Below, one piece after another: positions 13,851 through 27,740 of a stretch of 64,000 bases of DNA. Source of the stretch: Lytechinus pictus (Eukaryota); assembly GCF_037042905.1 (NCBI RefSeq), contig NC_087263.1:9550001-9614000 (forward strand), in the 5' to 3' direction. How positions within the stretch are numbered: position 1 is the first letter of the stretch; each line of letters starts with the position of its first letter. Made by a program: the position numbers and the translations under genes. The notes under the pieces were generated by a model. The model was not told where the DNA came from. It made no database searches and worked only from the letters and a program-made list of their open reading frames with translations.

Positions 13851-16800
13851 ATCTACAGTACATGCATATCATATAACAGTCTGTTATTTTTCATCCAGTC
13901 TCTTTGTTCCCTATTAATAGGTCTGGCTAAAGTTTGCTTCCAGGGTAAATAGAATGTGGGGGTCCACCTCAAAAAGAAAGAGGAAAACACACAAAAAATT
14001 TGATTGAGTGAATTGTGCTTTGGTAAATGGTTACCATGCAAATATGTACACAGCCACTTGTCATGCTCGTATGTGCTCAGTAATGTCTATTTCATGTCGA
14101 CTCACAAAAGTTGACAGTGCAGTTAGAAAAGATAAAGACTTCTTAGAACATTGTAAGCATCATCATGTTCTTGCTTTTCATGTAAACAGAGTCGGGCATA
14201 ATATACTTCTCAGTGCAAGACATTATGGCGGCCGCAACGATCAGGGGGGGGGGGGGCGTCCAAAGAAGAATAAAAGCATTCTCTGTGGGTAATGTAATTG
14301 ACTAGATGCAATACTATGTCAGTGCATAAAATATCTTTTGTTGACTTCCCACCCCAGTAAGAAAATATCCCCCAAAACAGCACCCAAACCAAAATATATA
14401 ATTTTGTACAATATATTACATTATTGTGTAAAGCAAAGAATCTTACTCTATACAATGGATCTACTACATGCTCTGTACTGTTGATAAGAATTCTGTACTG
14501 TCGATAAGAATTTTGATGAGAAGCATTAATTATGGTTGTTGAGCAGTTGTGTTGGGAGGGGAAATATTTCACATCCATCATTTTGCAAGTTCTCATCGGG
14601 GAGTTGGGTAGTTGGAAAAGGGACTCCTATACATTATGCATAAATTCATAGGAAAAAGGCAAATGACAAACCAAAATAGATTTCAATAAAAAAAAGTTTC
14701 TTTTTAATTTTTTTTTCTCAGAATATCACTGCTCATTCCCATAAAAGCATGTGTTCATTTAGAGTTCATTTGTTGTTTCATTTTTTTTTGCCTTGCGTAT
14801 GCCTAACATCAGTATCAAATTTGAAAAGAAATGATTTTAATCTAATTTATCTGATCACTTGATCAGGTGATTTTCTTGTTCCATCCATTTATCAGATAAT
14901 AAGTACTGGAACCAGATCTAGGCACTGTTCAAAGAATTCATTAGTCAACAGGTTAACCCTTTGCCTACTGGAACCATGTAAGGCACTGTACATAGCCTAT
15001 GGGAATCACTGAATTCAGCAGTCAACGGATTAATAACGTGATCATGATCGAACTAGTCTGTACCTGTCATTACTTTCAAGGTTGCTTAGAACCATTTCTT
15101 GACATTTTAGGCATAAAAACATTTGAAAAATACATTTATCTAAATATCAAGGTTACTCAACATGTATCCCTGACATTCAAAATGCATTGAACACAACTGA
15201 AATCAAAACAGATTTTTGTTGTTGCTTCCATGAAATGTTCAGAAATCAATCATCAGGTGGGCCATGTGTGAAGAAATATATAAATCTCCTATTCATCTAT
15301 CTATTGTGGGAAATTTTCCTCTTTAATGTTTCTTTTGTTCACTTGGTTTTGTTCTCCCGAACGGTTGTGATAAGATCGGCAGATGAGTTGTGGAGGATTT
15401 ATCTGTCTCTGGGATAATCGGTTTGCTTACCGAGTGAATGGAAAGCAATTTAGGATGTGTTTGTGGCACGGTGCTCGGTGTTAAATGCATTGATTGGAAG
15501 AATAGCCTCATTTGCATCTTGAAAAGTGAGGTCAGAGGTTAATGATATTTTGAGAAGAGAAAATTTGGGATATGTTATTGAATAATTGACACATTCGTGA
15601 TTGAGTCAGTGGTGTTTTTGCAGCTATCCCACACTCCAGTGAAACCTGTATTATAAACAAGACCTTACTCAAAATCAAAGAAATAATATTCTTTTATTGT
15701 TTTTATATGTTTTATTGGGTCAACACAGATCAAGTATAAACAAAAATAACAAATCAAACATGATCAAACTATTCACAAGTAATCATAATGTAATTACCCC
15801 CCCCAAAAAAAAAAACACAGACACAAAAAATCCTTTTGACAGCCTTGAGCTTTTCTAAACTCCCTCTTCCCTGACATAGGCCTATAATTTGTGTGAGTAT
15901 GTGTGCACAGGTGTGTGTGTGTGTGGGGGGGGGGGTAGTGCTGCTTCTGATACGTTTTATGTACGTGAGCTTGACATATTACATTTCATTGTAATATTAC
16001 ATTTTAATTCCCATACATTTCTTAAACATCAAAATTGGTGTCTTGAAACCATAACCCATTTTGTATAAAGTAATAAATTTTACCAATTTTGATTTATTCT
16101 ACATGTACGTCCATTGCAAGAATGCATTGTTACGGAAGATTGGTATATTTTTCATATAGTGCCTGTCAGAATTTGCACTATTTTCAATAATTCCCGTTTG
16201 GAGATATCACAATATGTGACTTTCATTTTGGAATTCTTTTTAAATTGCATTCAAATCGTACCATTTTTAAGAATCAAATGTATAAGTACTTTTTTTAAAG
16301 GGGAAGAACACGTAAAAGCTGGAAATGTAAAATGCATTTTGAGATAGAGCAAACTTGGGTTAATGAAGAATGACCATCGTGTGGAGGGGTAATGTTTACC
16401 CTCCTCTTGCCCCCCTTCTACCAGAGTGGCACCAGTGAAGGACCACTTGAGACACCCCTTCATAAACATGAAATGACCCCCTTCCTGGGATCCCATTCTC
16501 ATCCATATAATTACTTTATACAATTATGCCGAGTAAGAAAACTAGCGCTGGCACAACATTGTGAGTTTTAACCTGTTTTTACTGTGTATGCCTAAATAGT
16601 ACTAATCGAAAATGATAACCCCGTGGTCAGAAAAAATAGTTATAGTATACCAGATTGTGTGTCATGGTTTGGATGGGATGTACAAAGCTTTGTTTCAAGT
16701 GCTCCCCATGAAAATAGGATGAAAAGATGCTGACCTTGACCATTTTTTTAGGGGTATCGCTTTTTTTTGCTTAATTTTCCTTCATGGCAACAAAACTACT

Positions 16801-17343
16801 TTCTTTTTAATGTTGCTACTAAAATAAAGATTTTGTTTCCTCTGAAAAGGCAATTAAACAAATGCAATTAACTTTTCAAAAAAAGGAGAAGGACCTTCAT
16901 CCCCTTTTCCAATGACAGCAGTACAACATCTAAACCATAGGCCTATGTATGGTCTCACCCTTTCTTTAAATGTTTGTATATAAATATTTAGTGATGTTAT
17001 TTCTTATCAGCATTACTTTTAAGATAATGTTGTTATATTATTATGATGTCATATTTGAATGATAAGCTATGTAAACAACATTTCTTCCAGTGTTTTAGAC
17101 TTTGAAATGACTGACATGTGCCTGTCATGTTTCTCAAGTCTATCAATCAATTATCTGAAGTGTTTTATTACCAAATTAGCTTCAGTGATAACAGAACCCC
17201 TGCCATTGTGTATAAATATGTATAGGGTATGTTTATTGGGGGTAACAGGGCTAAGTGAATGAAAATCTATGTGAAGGTACAAGTTGAATTTATATATGGG
17301 GGATTTCATTGACAAAAAATGTTGGAAATACCATGGAAACATA

Positions 17344-17528
17344 CAGGGGCCCGTTTCATAAAGCTGTTCGTAAGTTAAGAGCGACTTTAAGAAAGACTGG
17401 TGATCCTTTCTTGTGGTAAATGACGTTCACCATTATTTGTTGGTGATTATTTAGCGCCTAAGAAAGGATCACCAGTTGTTCTTAAAGTCGCTATTAACTT
17501 ACGAACAGCTTTATGAAACACCCACCTG
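17344..17528. mobile_element. Palindromic MITE (PIF/Harbinger-like)
   Basis: About 60-bp near-perfect inverted repeat gtttcataaagctgttcgtaagttaa...ctggtgatcctttctt, bounded by CAGG...CCTG. Confidence 0.85.
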
Positions 17529-18448
17529 GTCTGGTAAAATGATTTTACTTTACACTTGATGCATTTTAACCCTTAGAATTCTGCAAATCAATTTGCAGTG
17601 CCAAGTTGAAATGGTAGAAATTTTCATTTTTCAAAGGCTTTATTTCAAACCCATCTGTTTGTGTATTACTATTTCCATGGCAAGTTCGAGAGATCATCTA
17701 ATATAGTTTGATCTTTCTGTAATTTCATCTACCAACAATGTAGCTCAACATTCTGCTTCCTTTTTAGTGTCATAAATTTCATCAACTTTCTGATATTACC
17801 TCTCCACTTTCTCTTCCAGTTTTGCTTTCCCACAACTGTTATTTGTGATAAAAACTGAAATTTACCTCGATATGTAATATCATGCCAAATTGCTTGTATA
17901 TTGCTGCGAGAGAGTCATAGAGACATAAGCTCTCATCCCTTGTGTCGCATGAAAGCCCTTGTTGCGCTAAGGAGATGATATTCGAATGAGATACACAGGT
18001 ATGCTAGATTTTGTGAACTGTCAAAACTCTTCGCCGTCTTCATTTACAAATCGGCATTTAGGGCGAAAGCCATGATTTCCCCAGACGACTGCATTCTCCG
18101 ACCCCCAGACTCTTCATTTTTGAAATAGGGCATATCAAAACGGACAGGAGGATGAATATCCCTTCTGGCAAAGAAGCTCACCAAGAAATTGTCATGTTGC
18201 AAATTGCAATTTTTGAGATATTTGGCATCCTGGTTGCCTTCCAACTTTGGCTCATGGTTTAATTCAGGGAGGAATAAAATATGCTTTAATCAGGATCTGC
18301 CTGGTTTGATTCTCAATGATTTGTAGTTTCTAACTAAAATAATGGAATTTTAACTTATTAAATAGATCATTGAGCACTGCAGTGATGATGTAATGATTAT
18401 GTGACGAGGTCAGAGGAGGAGAAGGATGATGATGGCGATGATGACTAA

Positions 18449-18987
18449 TACCCTTTTTACACAGGATTTTCTTAGCCCCGGACTATCGCTAACCCCGTAC
18501 TATCCTTAACCCCGTACTATTTTTTTTCCTTTTTACACATGCCAAATTGTTATTGCTAACCCCGGATAAGGAATGCTTGCTTTTCACACACGAAACTCGC
18601 TAACCCCGGACTAGTGGTTTTTGTCGATCATTCGTAGTACAAGTACTTCACTCGTACCTTTTTACACACGCTACAATTTCCTTAACCCCGTACTATAGGT
18701 GGGGCCAAATTGCCATTTAGCCCCACCTATAGTACGGGGTTAAGCTTAGCCCACTAACTAACTAACCCCGTACTATCGCTCTTAGCACCGCAATTGCTGG
18801 GATAACCCTGCTTTTTTGCAGGGCCAAATAATCCCGTACTAAAGGTGGGGTTAGCCCACTTTGCAAAAATGCTGTGTAAAAAGAAAGTGGGCTAAGCTTA
18901 ACCCCGTACTATAGGTGGGGCTAAATGGCAATTTAGCCCCACCTATAGTACGGGGTTAAGGAAATGTTAGCGTGTGTAAAAAGGCTA
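18449..18987. mobile_element. MITE with nested hairpins and a TAACCCCGTACTA motif array (PIF/Harbinger-like)
   Basis: Ends taccctttttacaca / tgtgtaaaaaggcta. Hairpins with 30-bp stems at 18681-18744 and 18897-18960. Inserted into a short GAT-rich tract. Confidence 0.8.
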
Positions 18988-19436
18988 AAAGATAATGATG
19001 GTGATTGATTACCGGTATATATAGAAGATTATGATGTTGACGATTGAAATAATAATCACAATAAGACTCGTTAATATAAGAATAACTTAACTCTGTGCAA
19101 TCCACCATGAAGTAGGTCTGTATGAATAATCACTTACATTAAAAAAATTCTTATACATTGCTTCCCTAAATCATACCTTAGTTTTGAAATGCTACTTTTT
19201 CTCATTTTAGAATTAGTTAGATATCTTTATCTAAATTTCATCATGACATATTGAAAAGCCAAGGAGACAAAGGATTTACCCAAACCCCCTCCATCCGTTG
19301 CTACAAAGCAAGAAACCAAAAAGCAGGGCGAAATGGGTTGTTGCAATCTCCCATCCTCCCACAGCAAACTATAGGAGATGATTCTGTTCATTGTTCTTTA
19401 TGCATCCTTATCTTGTGGTCCCATCGAAGCAACCCT

Positions 19437-19914
19437 AGGTGGTTTCAAACCGCCTCGATCACAAGAATCCCCGTTAAATTACGAGAACTTTTTTAGGCTG
19501 AAAAATACCCATTAATTATTCCTGCATTCACACCGCCCTGAAACATACCCTTCGGGATAAGTTCCTGAAGTTACGAGCATGCGCAGTATGGTCTGATAAG
19601 CAGCAAGGCGCGAAATTCAAAATCACTAGCCCAGCAGCAACCCATGCACGGCGCCGCACCCAACGACACGCTGGGCTAAAAGTTCCCGTAATTTGCTTTC
19701 AGACCGCCAAAATACCCACGACCTTGGAAAAATCCCCGCGAAAGTTCTCGTAATTTCGCCAAGTACCTACTATTTATCGGGTATTTTCTTTCGGGGATAT
19801 TACGCGTAGTTTGCTTTCACACCGCCAAAATACCTGGTATTTTCTGATCGGGGTAAATTTCCCGATCAGAGAATACCTGGAACTGGCGAACTTCGAGGCG
19901 GTCTGAAACCACCT
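19437..19914. mobile_element. 478-bp MITE with 22-bp TIRs and a 3-bp CCT TSD (PIF/Harbinger-like)
   Basis: AGGTGGTTTCAAACCGCCTCGA ... TCGAGGCGGTCTGAAACCACCT (1 mismatch). CCT at 19434-36 and 19915-17. Internal repeats ttgctttca(c/g)accgccaaaatacc. Confidence 0.88.
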
Positions 19915-21122
19915 CCTCTTTCTAATTTTGCATGGGATGCAATTGCCCTAATGAATGCTCCCACCCTAACCCAATTTGTTTTGTTGTCTCCGCCTGCTCT
20001 GTGCCATAAAAGAGCTTTTCAGACGAGTTACATCGATTGGAACATTAATATCAGGCATTGGAGAACATTTTTGAGTGAGTGTGTGTGTGGGTTTGTGTGT
20101 TAGGAGAGGGGGTTGAGTAGGAAGTTTAGAGGGAGGTTTGGGACTGACTGTAAAAAAAAACACTATCATATTTGGTAGTTATAATTGAAAAAAGGGGACA
20201 GTGCCATTGATTCAAACATTAATATCACGGGCGCAGAACAGGTTTGAGTGTGTGTGGGGGGCTGAGTCGGGAGTGGATGGGGAAGGTTGGGGACTGACCA
20301 TGAAATAAATCCACAATCATGGTCAATTTTTTTTTGTTTTCGTATGCATTTATTAGAAAAAAGAGGGGCTCAACCCCCCCAGCCCCCTATCTGGATCTGT
20401 GGTCGTTACTGTGATGCTGCGAAAATTTGGAACCTCCCATTTGGACAAAGGAGAGGGCTTAAATTCATCTATCAACATCCACCAAAGTCCATGGCCTTGG
20501 ATGTCCTGTTGATTTGCCTTCATGTCCTTCTCATGGGCATTGGATTTGTGTTGTGGCCCCCCTTTTTTGTTCCCATTTGTGCAATAATAGAAATGTTTCC
20601 ATTGGAAAAGTGGCCTTAATTGCTCTGAAATATTGAATATCAGTTCTGAAAGAATATCAACTGACTTGATGATTAAATCTGAAAAATTATTTATATTGAC
20701 AAAACTTTGATTGTTTTTTTTGCAGATTCTAAAAAGACCATGTAAAAACTCATGTGAAAAGTTGGCAAGAATTCCAACTCCTAATAAAAATGCTGATTGC
20801 TTAACCTCAGTGTGAACAGCATAATTAACTTATTTAAATCTATAGACTAATGCTTAAAATACCGTGTGAAAACTCTCGTAGTGACAAGAACATTAACTCA
20901 TTGTGGCAGCGGAGAATTTCCCCCTCCGGTAAACTTTCCGTAACGTGAGCCTTCCTCGCTTGGAGTCGGTGGTAGGAGATGGAGAAAGTAGACCTTGGCT
21001 CTTTGTGTCGCTGCTTATCGAATGAACGCTCGGTAAACAGTGGAACTAGATTTAGAATATGTCCTAAGGATTACTTTTGAACTTGTAACGGTCTCTTGGG
21101 AAATTTGGTATTTCCGAGAGAA

Positions 21123-21408
21123 CTGGGCCCCCGTCTAACAAAGAGTTGCGACTGATCCAACCAATCGCAACTATGGACGGCCAGCAACGTCAACATCCAA
21201 TATGCAGATTCGTTCAAAATGTTCCCTAGATATGATGTGTATTCATGCATTCATCATTCTCTTGAAGACTCAGTGTGATTCTCTCTGTGTCTTAAGGATA
21301 TTGTGCAAATTTCCTGTAGAAAAAATTATGGTATGGGTGGATTTCCATACAGTTGAGATTGATTGGATCAGTTGTAAGATTGTAAGAAATTTGTAAGATG
21401 GGGCTCAG
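21123..21408. mobile_element. MITE with imperfect long TIRs (PIF/Harbinger-like)
   Basis: gggcccccgtctaacaaa...actgatccaaccaatcgcaact vs agttgagattgattggatcagtt...tttgtaagatggggctc. Confidence 0.7.
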
Positions 21409-21699
21409 GAACAATATCTCCAATAGCTATACAGTCAGATTTATTATTATATTAACAGAGGTTATCCATATTATTCATATTATAGTAAACGTATTGTTAT
21501 TATTATTATCATTATTTGTTTGAGTTACTACTTGATTAGTACATGTATATTATTGATATATTTATTTTACAATGTCCACAACTTTTTTGTATCATTTATA
21601 TTTTGTATCTACAGTGTAGTAAATATTTGTGGATCTGCATCTTCATATTTGATGACTTTATGTACATATTACTTGGATTTTAATGTGGTGTATATGCTG

Positions 21700-21905
21700 A
21701 CCAGTTTGCTTCTAAAAGCTTTCTAATATACCGACTTGGAGGATTTTTTTCTTCCACTTGGCGCCCATGTACTTCACCTGGATGGAGAGAGGCAAGTGTA
21801 GATAAATGCCTTCTTGTAGGATGCGAGTGCTGCAGTGGGATTTGACACCTGGACCTTGTGGTTTTTAATCTACGGACTTACTTATCCATTTATCCACAAC
21901 ACCTC
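21700..21905 (-). mobile_element. Decayed SINE, reverse orientation
   Basis: The reverse complement shows a tRNA-like head (gaggtgttgtggataaatgg...ggtgtcaaatccc) and the ...tccatccaggtgaagtacatggg core related to the 8331 SINE. Confidence 0.55.
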
Positions 21906-24354
21906 TAATAAAACTCTGTGTGCAGCCTACAACCCTGTAATGTTTTCTTGATTGTTCATTCTTGCCTGTGTACAGTATCACCTCCCAGGTAACACAGGCC
22001 TAAAACATTTCCCATAGTCTCGTGTGTTAAAGTGGCACTTAACAAAATTCATAAAAAATAAGGATGAAATTTGAGGGTTGATTGTTTACTACCAGTGGAT
22101 AGGATTTTTGTCTGACATTCCATATCTCACCAGAAAAGGGTACCTCGACCGGCTCATTTTGAATATAAATCAGCATTTATGAAGACTGCACCTGACTGGA
22201 TCAAATTCATCACTTGAGACAGTAAAATGGCCCTAATTCTTCCGCTAGTAAAAGATAGTTCCAAAGTTGTGATATATCTTCCCAATTTGGAAAAGGAAGT
22301 TCAGTAGGTACCCTCCCTGGAATCAGTGTTAGATTATCAATCATATTCATTCTTTTTGTCAATCAGCAATATCAAATTTAAAAATTGAGAATGGGTTGGC
22401 TCGAATGAATATCTTTTGCCTGCCAGTTGTAATTAGGCCCGTGAAACCCACAGTCTGAAAATAAGTGAATATACAAAAACCTTTCTTTCTAGGGAACCAA
22501 TCAATTAAACCAAGTTCACCTTCAGTCCCACTCATAGGCCAATAATGTCAGTTTTTATGATGTGCTGATGTGAGATATGATGAATGGAAAGCCCATAGTG
22601 TCTCATGTTCAAGGCCAATACCATAAAATGCAGTCATCATCTCTTCTAACTTTGGCATAGGTAGGTTCACACGACGGTTAGTGAAGTTAACTTTAAGTTT
22701 ACGTCTTGAAGTGTTCCTACAGTTTATGATACTCATTGCTCATTAAAACTTACGCAATTCTGATTTTTTTTTAGATAGTTAGTAAATTGTTTTCAAATTG
22801 CCATAGTATGGAGTTTTGTTCCATTTGAAATATTATTCCAGTTGTTGGTAAATCTTGCTTAAACTTCATGCATGATTTCTAAAACTCGTGTAATGTGCTA
22901 TATACAAGAACTGTTTATTACCATTATTATTATTTAAACTTAGAGGATGGTTTCCTCATTAAATTATAAAGGTATATTTGAACTTAGATCACTCATATAT
23001 GGAGTATCTGTAATAAACTTATTCCATTTGTTACTTTCCCCATCCAAAATACAAATCTAATTAATAAAAGGCCTACAATAAATGAACTTAATAATCAAGT
23101 GAACATTATTTCATTTCTGCCTTGAATTCAGTCCAAAATGTTATTTTGCAATGAAAAAAAGACAAATTTGATTTTATGTAATGGACTCAAATGAATTATT
23201 TAGTACATTTTCTCTTTATACTTTAGATAATGAATATATAGATAGACGAGAGAGTCTTATTTTATACAGTAATGTAAATGTAGACTGACGATATTCTTGT
23301 GTGGATTGAAACCTGGGTTAAATGCTGAGGATTCAAACCTACAAGTTGCAGTTTAATCTACACCAGTGTCGTGTGAACTGAGCTCAAGGCTCTGTTCCAA
23401 ACTTTACTATTCTGTTATTCCTCATTCAGATGTGCATTGTCAAAGGTCATAATGATATGAATAGAAATACAAAATTTAATACTTTTATCCTGCCTTTGAA
23501 ACATCAGAAAAAAATCCCATAAGTAATTCAACACTTAATTTCTTACACTTGGTATTTCTATCCTGTAAAACTGTCATCATGATGGTACAAACATATTCTA
23601 TATAGGCTACCATCGGAATACAAATCAAATGAAATATGAATATGTAGTGGCTTTCCTTCCAGTGTTATTACAACAATATATGAAATAAGTTAGGGGGGGG
23701 GGGTGAGTGGGGGTCTGGGGCTGTATTATGTGTTGTATATTCAGAGTTACAATAAAAAGGTCTTCTGATTTTTTTTTTAACCTTTTCTTTTGATTTTCAC
23801 TGATCGTCAAGGCTAAAATGTGTGTAAAGCTAAAAAGGGCGCTTAAAAAATAGATGTAGGAGATGAAATATTGAGATAAATGGTATTATGAAAATTCTCT
23901 CATCTTTTTATGTGAACTTCCTAGAAAAATAAAAGAAAATTTACAACAGGTTGGGGCCTTGGGGGCGATTGTAACCTAATGTTGCTCGCAATATTTCTGG
24001 CTTTCTCGGTCAACAATAAGTATTTTTTGATGGATCCAGAAATAAACATCTTGTTTTACAAGAGGAGACATTCCAAAGACATTACAGAGACGGATGATCC
24101 TAAAATTTTATTCATTGAGCTAGATACAATTCCAGTTGTTTTGTATTTAAATAGAATTATGAAAATCTCATTTAAATTGTATCATCTTTGGGATCAAATT
24201 TCAAGTAAGGTCCGCTATGGTATCACATTCATTTGTGTATCTCTTAACTTTTATCTTTTGATAAGAATATTTTTTTGAATGTTCAAACAGGGGTCTTCAT
24301 ATTCAAGCGACACATCCACCCATTTGTTAGAATTACATGTACATACCAATATCA

Positions 24355-24771
24355 GGTTTATTTCCAATTTGTCTAATGCCAATTCGTCCAATTGCCAACT
24401 CGACTAGTTATCATTTGGTCTACTATCAGTTCGTCCACTATCCACATGGTCTGATTGCAAGTTCAACCTCTCACCATTTCGTCTAATAACCAGTTGGTCC
24501 AATAGCCATTTAGTCTATTATCCATTTGGTCTAATTGGACTAAGTGTTAATTGTACAAAATGAATGCAAATGAAATGGGTATTAGACCAAATGGTTATGA
24601 TCGAGACGAAATGGTCATGGAAGAAATGGTCATTAGACGAAGTGATGATTGGACCAAATGTTTATTGGACCAATCAGTTGTTGGAGGAAATGTTGATGGT
24701 CGGAATGGCAATGAGACTATTAAAATGAAGGTGAGTGGACGCGTTGGCAGTAGACGAATTGGCAATTTACC
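24355..24771. mobile_element. MITE built from about 15-bp subunits, GG...CC ends, 8-bp (possibly 9-bp) TSD
   Basis: Ends ggtttatttccaatttgtcta / tagacgaattggcaatttacc. CAATATCA at 24347-54 and 24772-79. The periodic ccatttggtcta units switch orientation near the middle. Confidence 0.82.
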
Positions 24772-25804
24772 CAATATCAAGCCGCCCAGCCTGCGTGAGA
24801 CTGACAGGCTGTACAAAAACTTTTGTTTCAGATCCATTTGTCTTGCTCAATTTTCATCTTGTATGCAATAACCATGCACATTTCAAGTGTTGGGTGCCCC
24901 CTACTGATCTCATTGAGACATATCAGTGCCAAGATGCACGTAAGCAAGTACAATTCTTTTTTCTCTCCAATTTTGTGACACAAAGCTACTACAAGTAGGC
25001 CAACGTGGGCCCCCAGTTCTTTTGTCTCCACCTCCTTTGAATATCGATGATGCAATAAATCTAAGATTTGGGATATTAAATCAACCATATTGCCTGGTGT
25101 TTGTTTTGTGTAATTAACAATATACCATGTCTCTTTTCATAAATGTTTTTATAAATATTTATGTAAGAGGAAATGCATCTATGTAAAAAGAAAAAAGTTT
25201 ATAGGAAATGGGGGGGGGGGGGGGAGAGGTAGATTTTGAAGAAATTTTCATTATGATTTAATTGCAAGGAATCATGTAGGAGAATATTGATATTTTTGCT
25301 CTCAGAATAATTTCCCGGGATGTTATCGAATCTTACAATCACTTTTCAGGAACATAAAGTTAAGAAATCAATATTACAGATAGAGTAATTTTGTTTCTTG
25401 TTAGAAATTAATTGTCTGTTGCTCAAAAAATTATTTTTCTGTTCAACAACTTATGTTTTGGTAAAAATGATTTCATTTGATGGAATCATGTCATTTTAAT
25501 GGGAGAAGCATTAAGAGAACTTAACAATTAATATTATGCTTTTATATAGCATTTGATATATGACAGAAAACATCTTTGCAGATACATGTGTACTCTTGTC
25601 ATGACATTCCTGCTTTGCCTCCCACTGCATTTTATTTTATATATTATTGCTTACATGTATATCTATGTAAATTATTCTTCTATTATGTAATCGTCGCAAT
25701 TTGTAATTATTTCATTTATTTTTGAATTTCTTTATATTCATTATGATTACTGTGTTTCATATATTGAATTTTCAATAAATGCAGAAACACCTGCCAAAAA
25801 AAAA

Positions 25805-26055
25805 ATGTATGCACTTTCTCCTCTCCCTGAGGAGTATGTCAGCTAGGGTTTCATCGTTTAAATGCTAGGCATACTACATTTGTTGGCTTTATATCGTACT
25901 GGCTATTCATTAAGCACCTGACCTGGGTAGAGAGTGGCCAAAATATGGATTGATATCATGTCAAAGACAGTAGTGTTTAGGTGGGATTTGAACACATGAT
26001 CCTCTAATTACAAGGCAAGATTCAAAATGCAGAACCACTATACCATGACACTTCT
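25805..26055 (-). mobile_element. Decayed SINE, reverse orientation
   Basis: The reverse complement has tggtatagtgg...gtgttcaaatccc and ctctctacccaggt, related to the 4739 and 8331 copies. Confidence 0.55.
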
Positions 26056-27414
26056 ACATTGTAAATTATAGGTTTATGATATTGTAAATTAAATTCATGT
26101 GGAACCACCCATATAGATGAGATTCATTTATATTACAGTATTACACCCAAGATTTCTTAACGTATATGAATGAAGATGAAATACATACACCACTCAGTGA
26201 AGGCAAATCAAAAGTTGTATTGCCTCCTGTTATAAGACACCTGAATTTTCCATAAATCTTAAGTGAACATTTATAACAAGAAAGAGTATATTTCTCTTTG
26301 CAATTTTTTCCTTTTCGCCGATATGAAGAGGTGAATGAGGATTAATCTGTGTTATCTCTTCTCGTGTTATAAATGTCATCCTAAAAGATTTTTAAGTGAG
26401 GAATGTCTATCTTCACGCATTGTTGGAATGCACTTTTTAACTTGGACGTTTATGTATACAAACAAAAGGGAAGGTGAAAGGGGGCTGTAAATCACTAGGA
26501 TGCGTTGTATAAGGTTTAGTTTTGCCCCCCCCCCCCCCATCTCCAGCTTTCGTAAGGAGGAAAGTATAAGCAGATAATGTAAATATAGTGCAGTTTAAAG
26601 ATAAATACCAGTTGTGGTATAGCGATCTCAAAATGAGTTCAAACAGAAGCCAATTATGAAATTACCACAAAGTGTTTGTGTGTATTAATAAAAAATAGGT
26701 GCCAAATAGCCCTGGAATAAAATGCGTAATTGCTGAAAAATAGCAAAATAAGCACAGAATTCCATCAAATGTCGGGCATTTTTCTAAGCAATATTAAAAC
26801 ACTGTCCCACATATGCTTTTCTGTGTTAGTGATCATCAGAATTATCGATTTTGGGCCGAGATTTCATGATTTTATAAAGACAAGTTTACATAAATGTACC
26901 AGATCTAGATGTATGATAATATATTGACAATTAACCTTGACTTAAAAAGACTTTAATTGTTTCCTGCAACTACTGCCTTTTAACTTTAATCGAATATAAC
27001 ATGGTGCCCTCATCACACTCCTACATGTACAAAATACCGTGTGCCTAATGTCTTCAATTAACTTTTGAAATTAAAAAAGATTAATAAATAAATGATAATC
27101 AAATTGTTTTTTTCTTTGGCAAGTAAATCTATATTCATGTCAGAGAGGTACTTTATGTTTGTTGTTTGACAAATTAAACATAATAGGAAGCCCTGTAAGA
27201 TATAATTCATTATTTTTAAGATCTGAATTTTTTAAGGTCTTTATTTCATTTTTGGTTAGTTGGAAAAATATGCTTAGCCAAGGCCTATATATTGAAATTT
27301 GAGGTTTGTAGAAGTCATAAATCTATGTACTTTACAATATACTCAATACTAGTCATTTGTTTATTTTCTTTGCTGTGATGTGTAGGCTTAAATAATTGAC
27401 ATGATAGTAAGGAT

Positions 27415-27740
27415 AATGATAATAATAATTATAGGCACTTGTATAGTGCTGTCTTATCTAGAAATATTATATTCTGAGGTACTATCAAGAAAAAAAAAGA
27501 TAAGAGAGTTTGGTTGAGTGTCATAGTGCCAAGAGCTAATGATTAGAAACAATAAGACTTTTATTTAGATTTCAGAATCTCTAATGACATATTGCTTAAA
27601 TTCATCGGCAAAGTTTTCCAAAGAGTAGGTGATGTGGCAGAGAATACTAACATTCAAAATCTTAAATTACATTATTTTCCTAGTAAATCTAGAAGTAAAA
27701 AGGCAAGTTGTGGGAGAGATGGAAAGTGGCCCATTAGTTG
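27415..27740 (-). mobile_element. 3' relic of an L2/CR1-type LINE; second relic at about 54225-54410
   Basis: The minus strand translates to FSATSPTLWKTLP...LKSK*KSY, resembling the L2 RT C-terminus, then a (TAT)n tail. The block tatctagaaatattatattctg...catagtgccaaga is shared with 54234-54311. Confidence 0.6.

Noticed and set aside
20900..21120. TGTGGCAGCGG start of a CpG-richer block, possible solo LTR or PBS relic
   Set aside because: Only a short match, with no second boundary or TSD identifiable.
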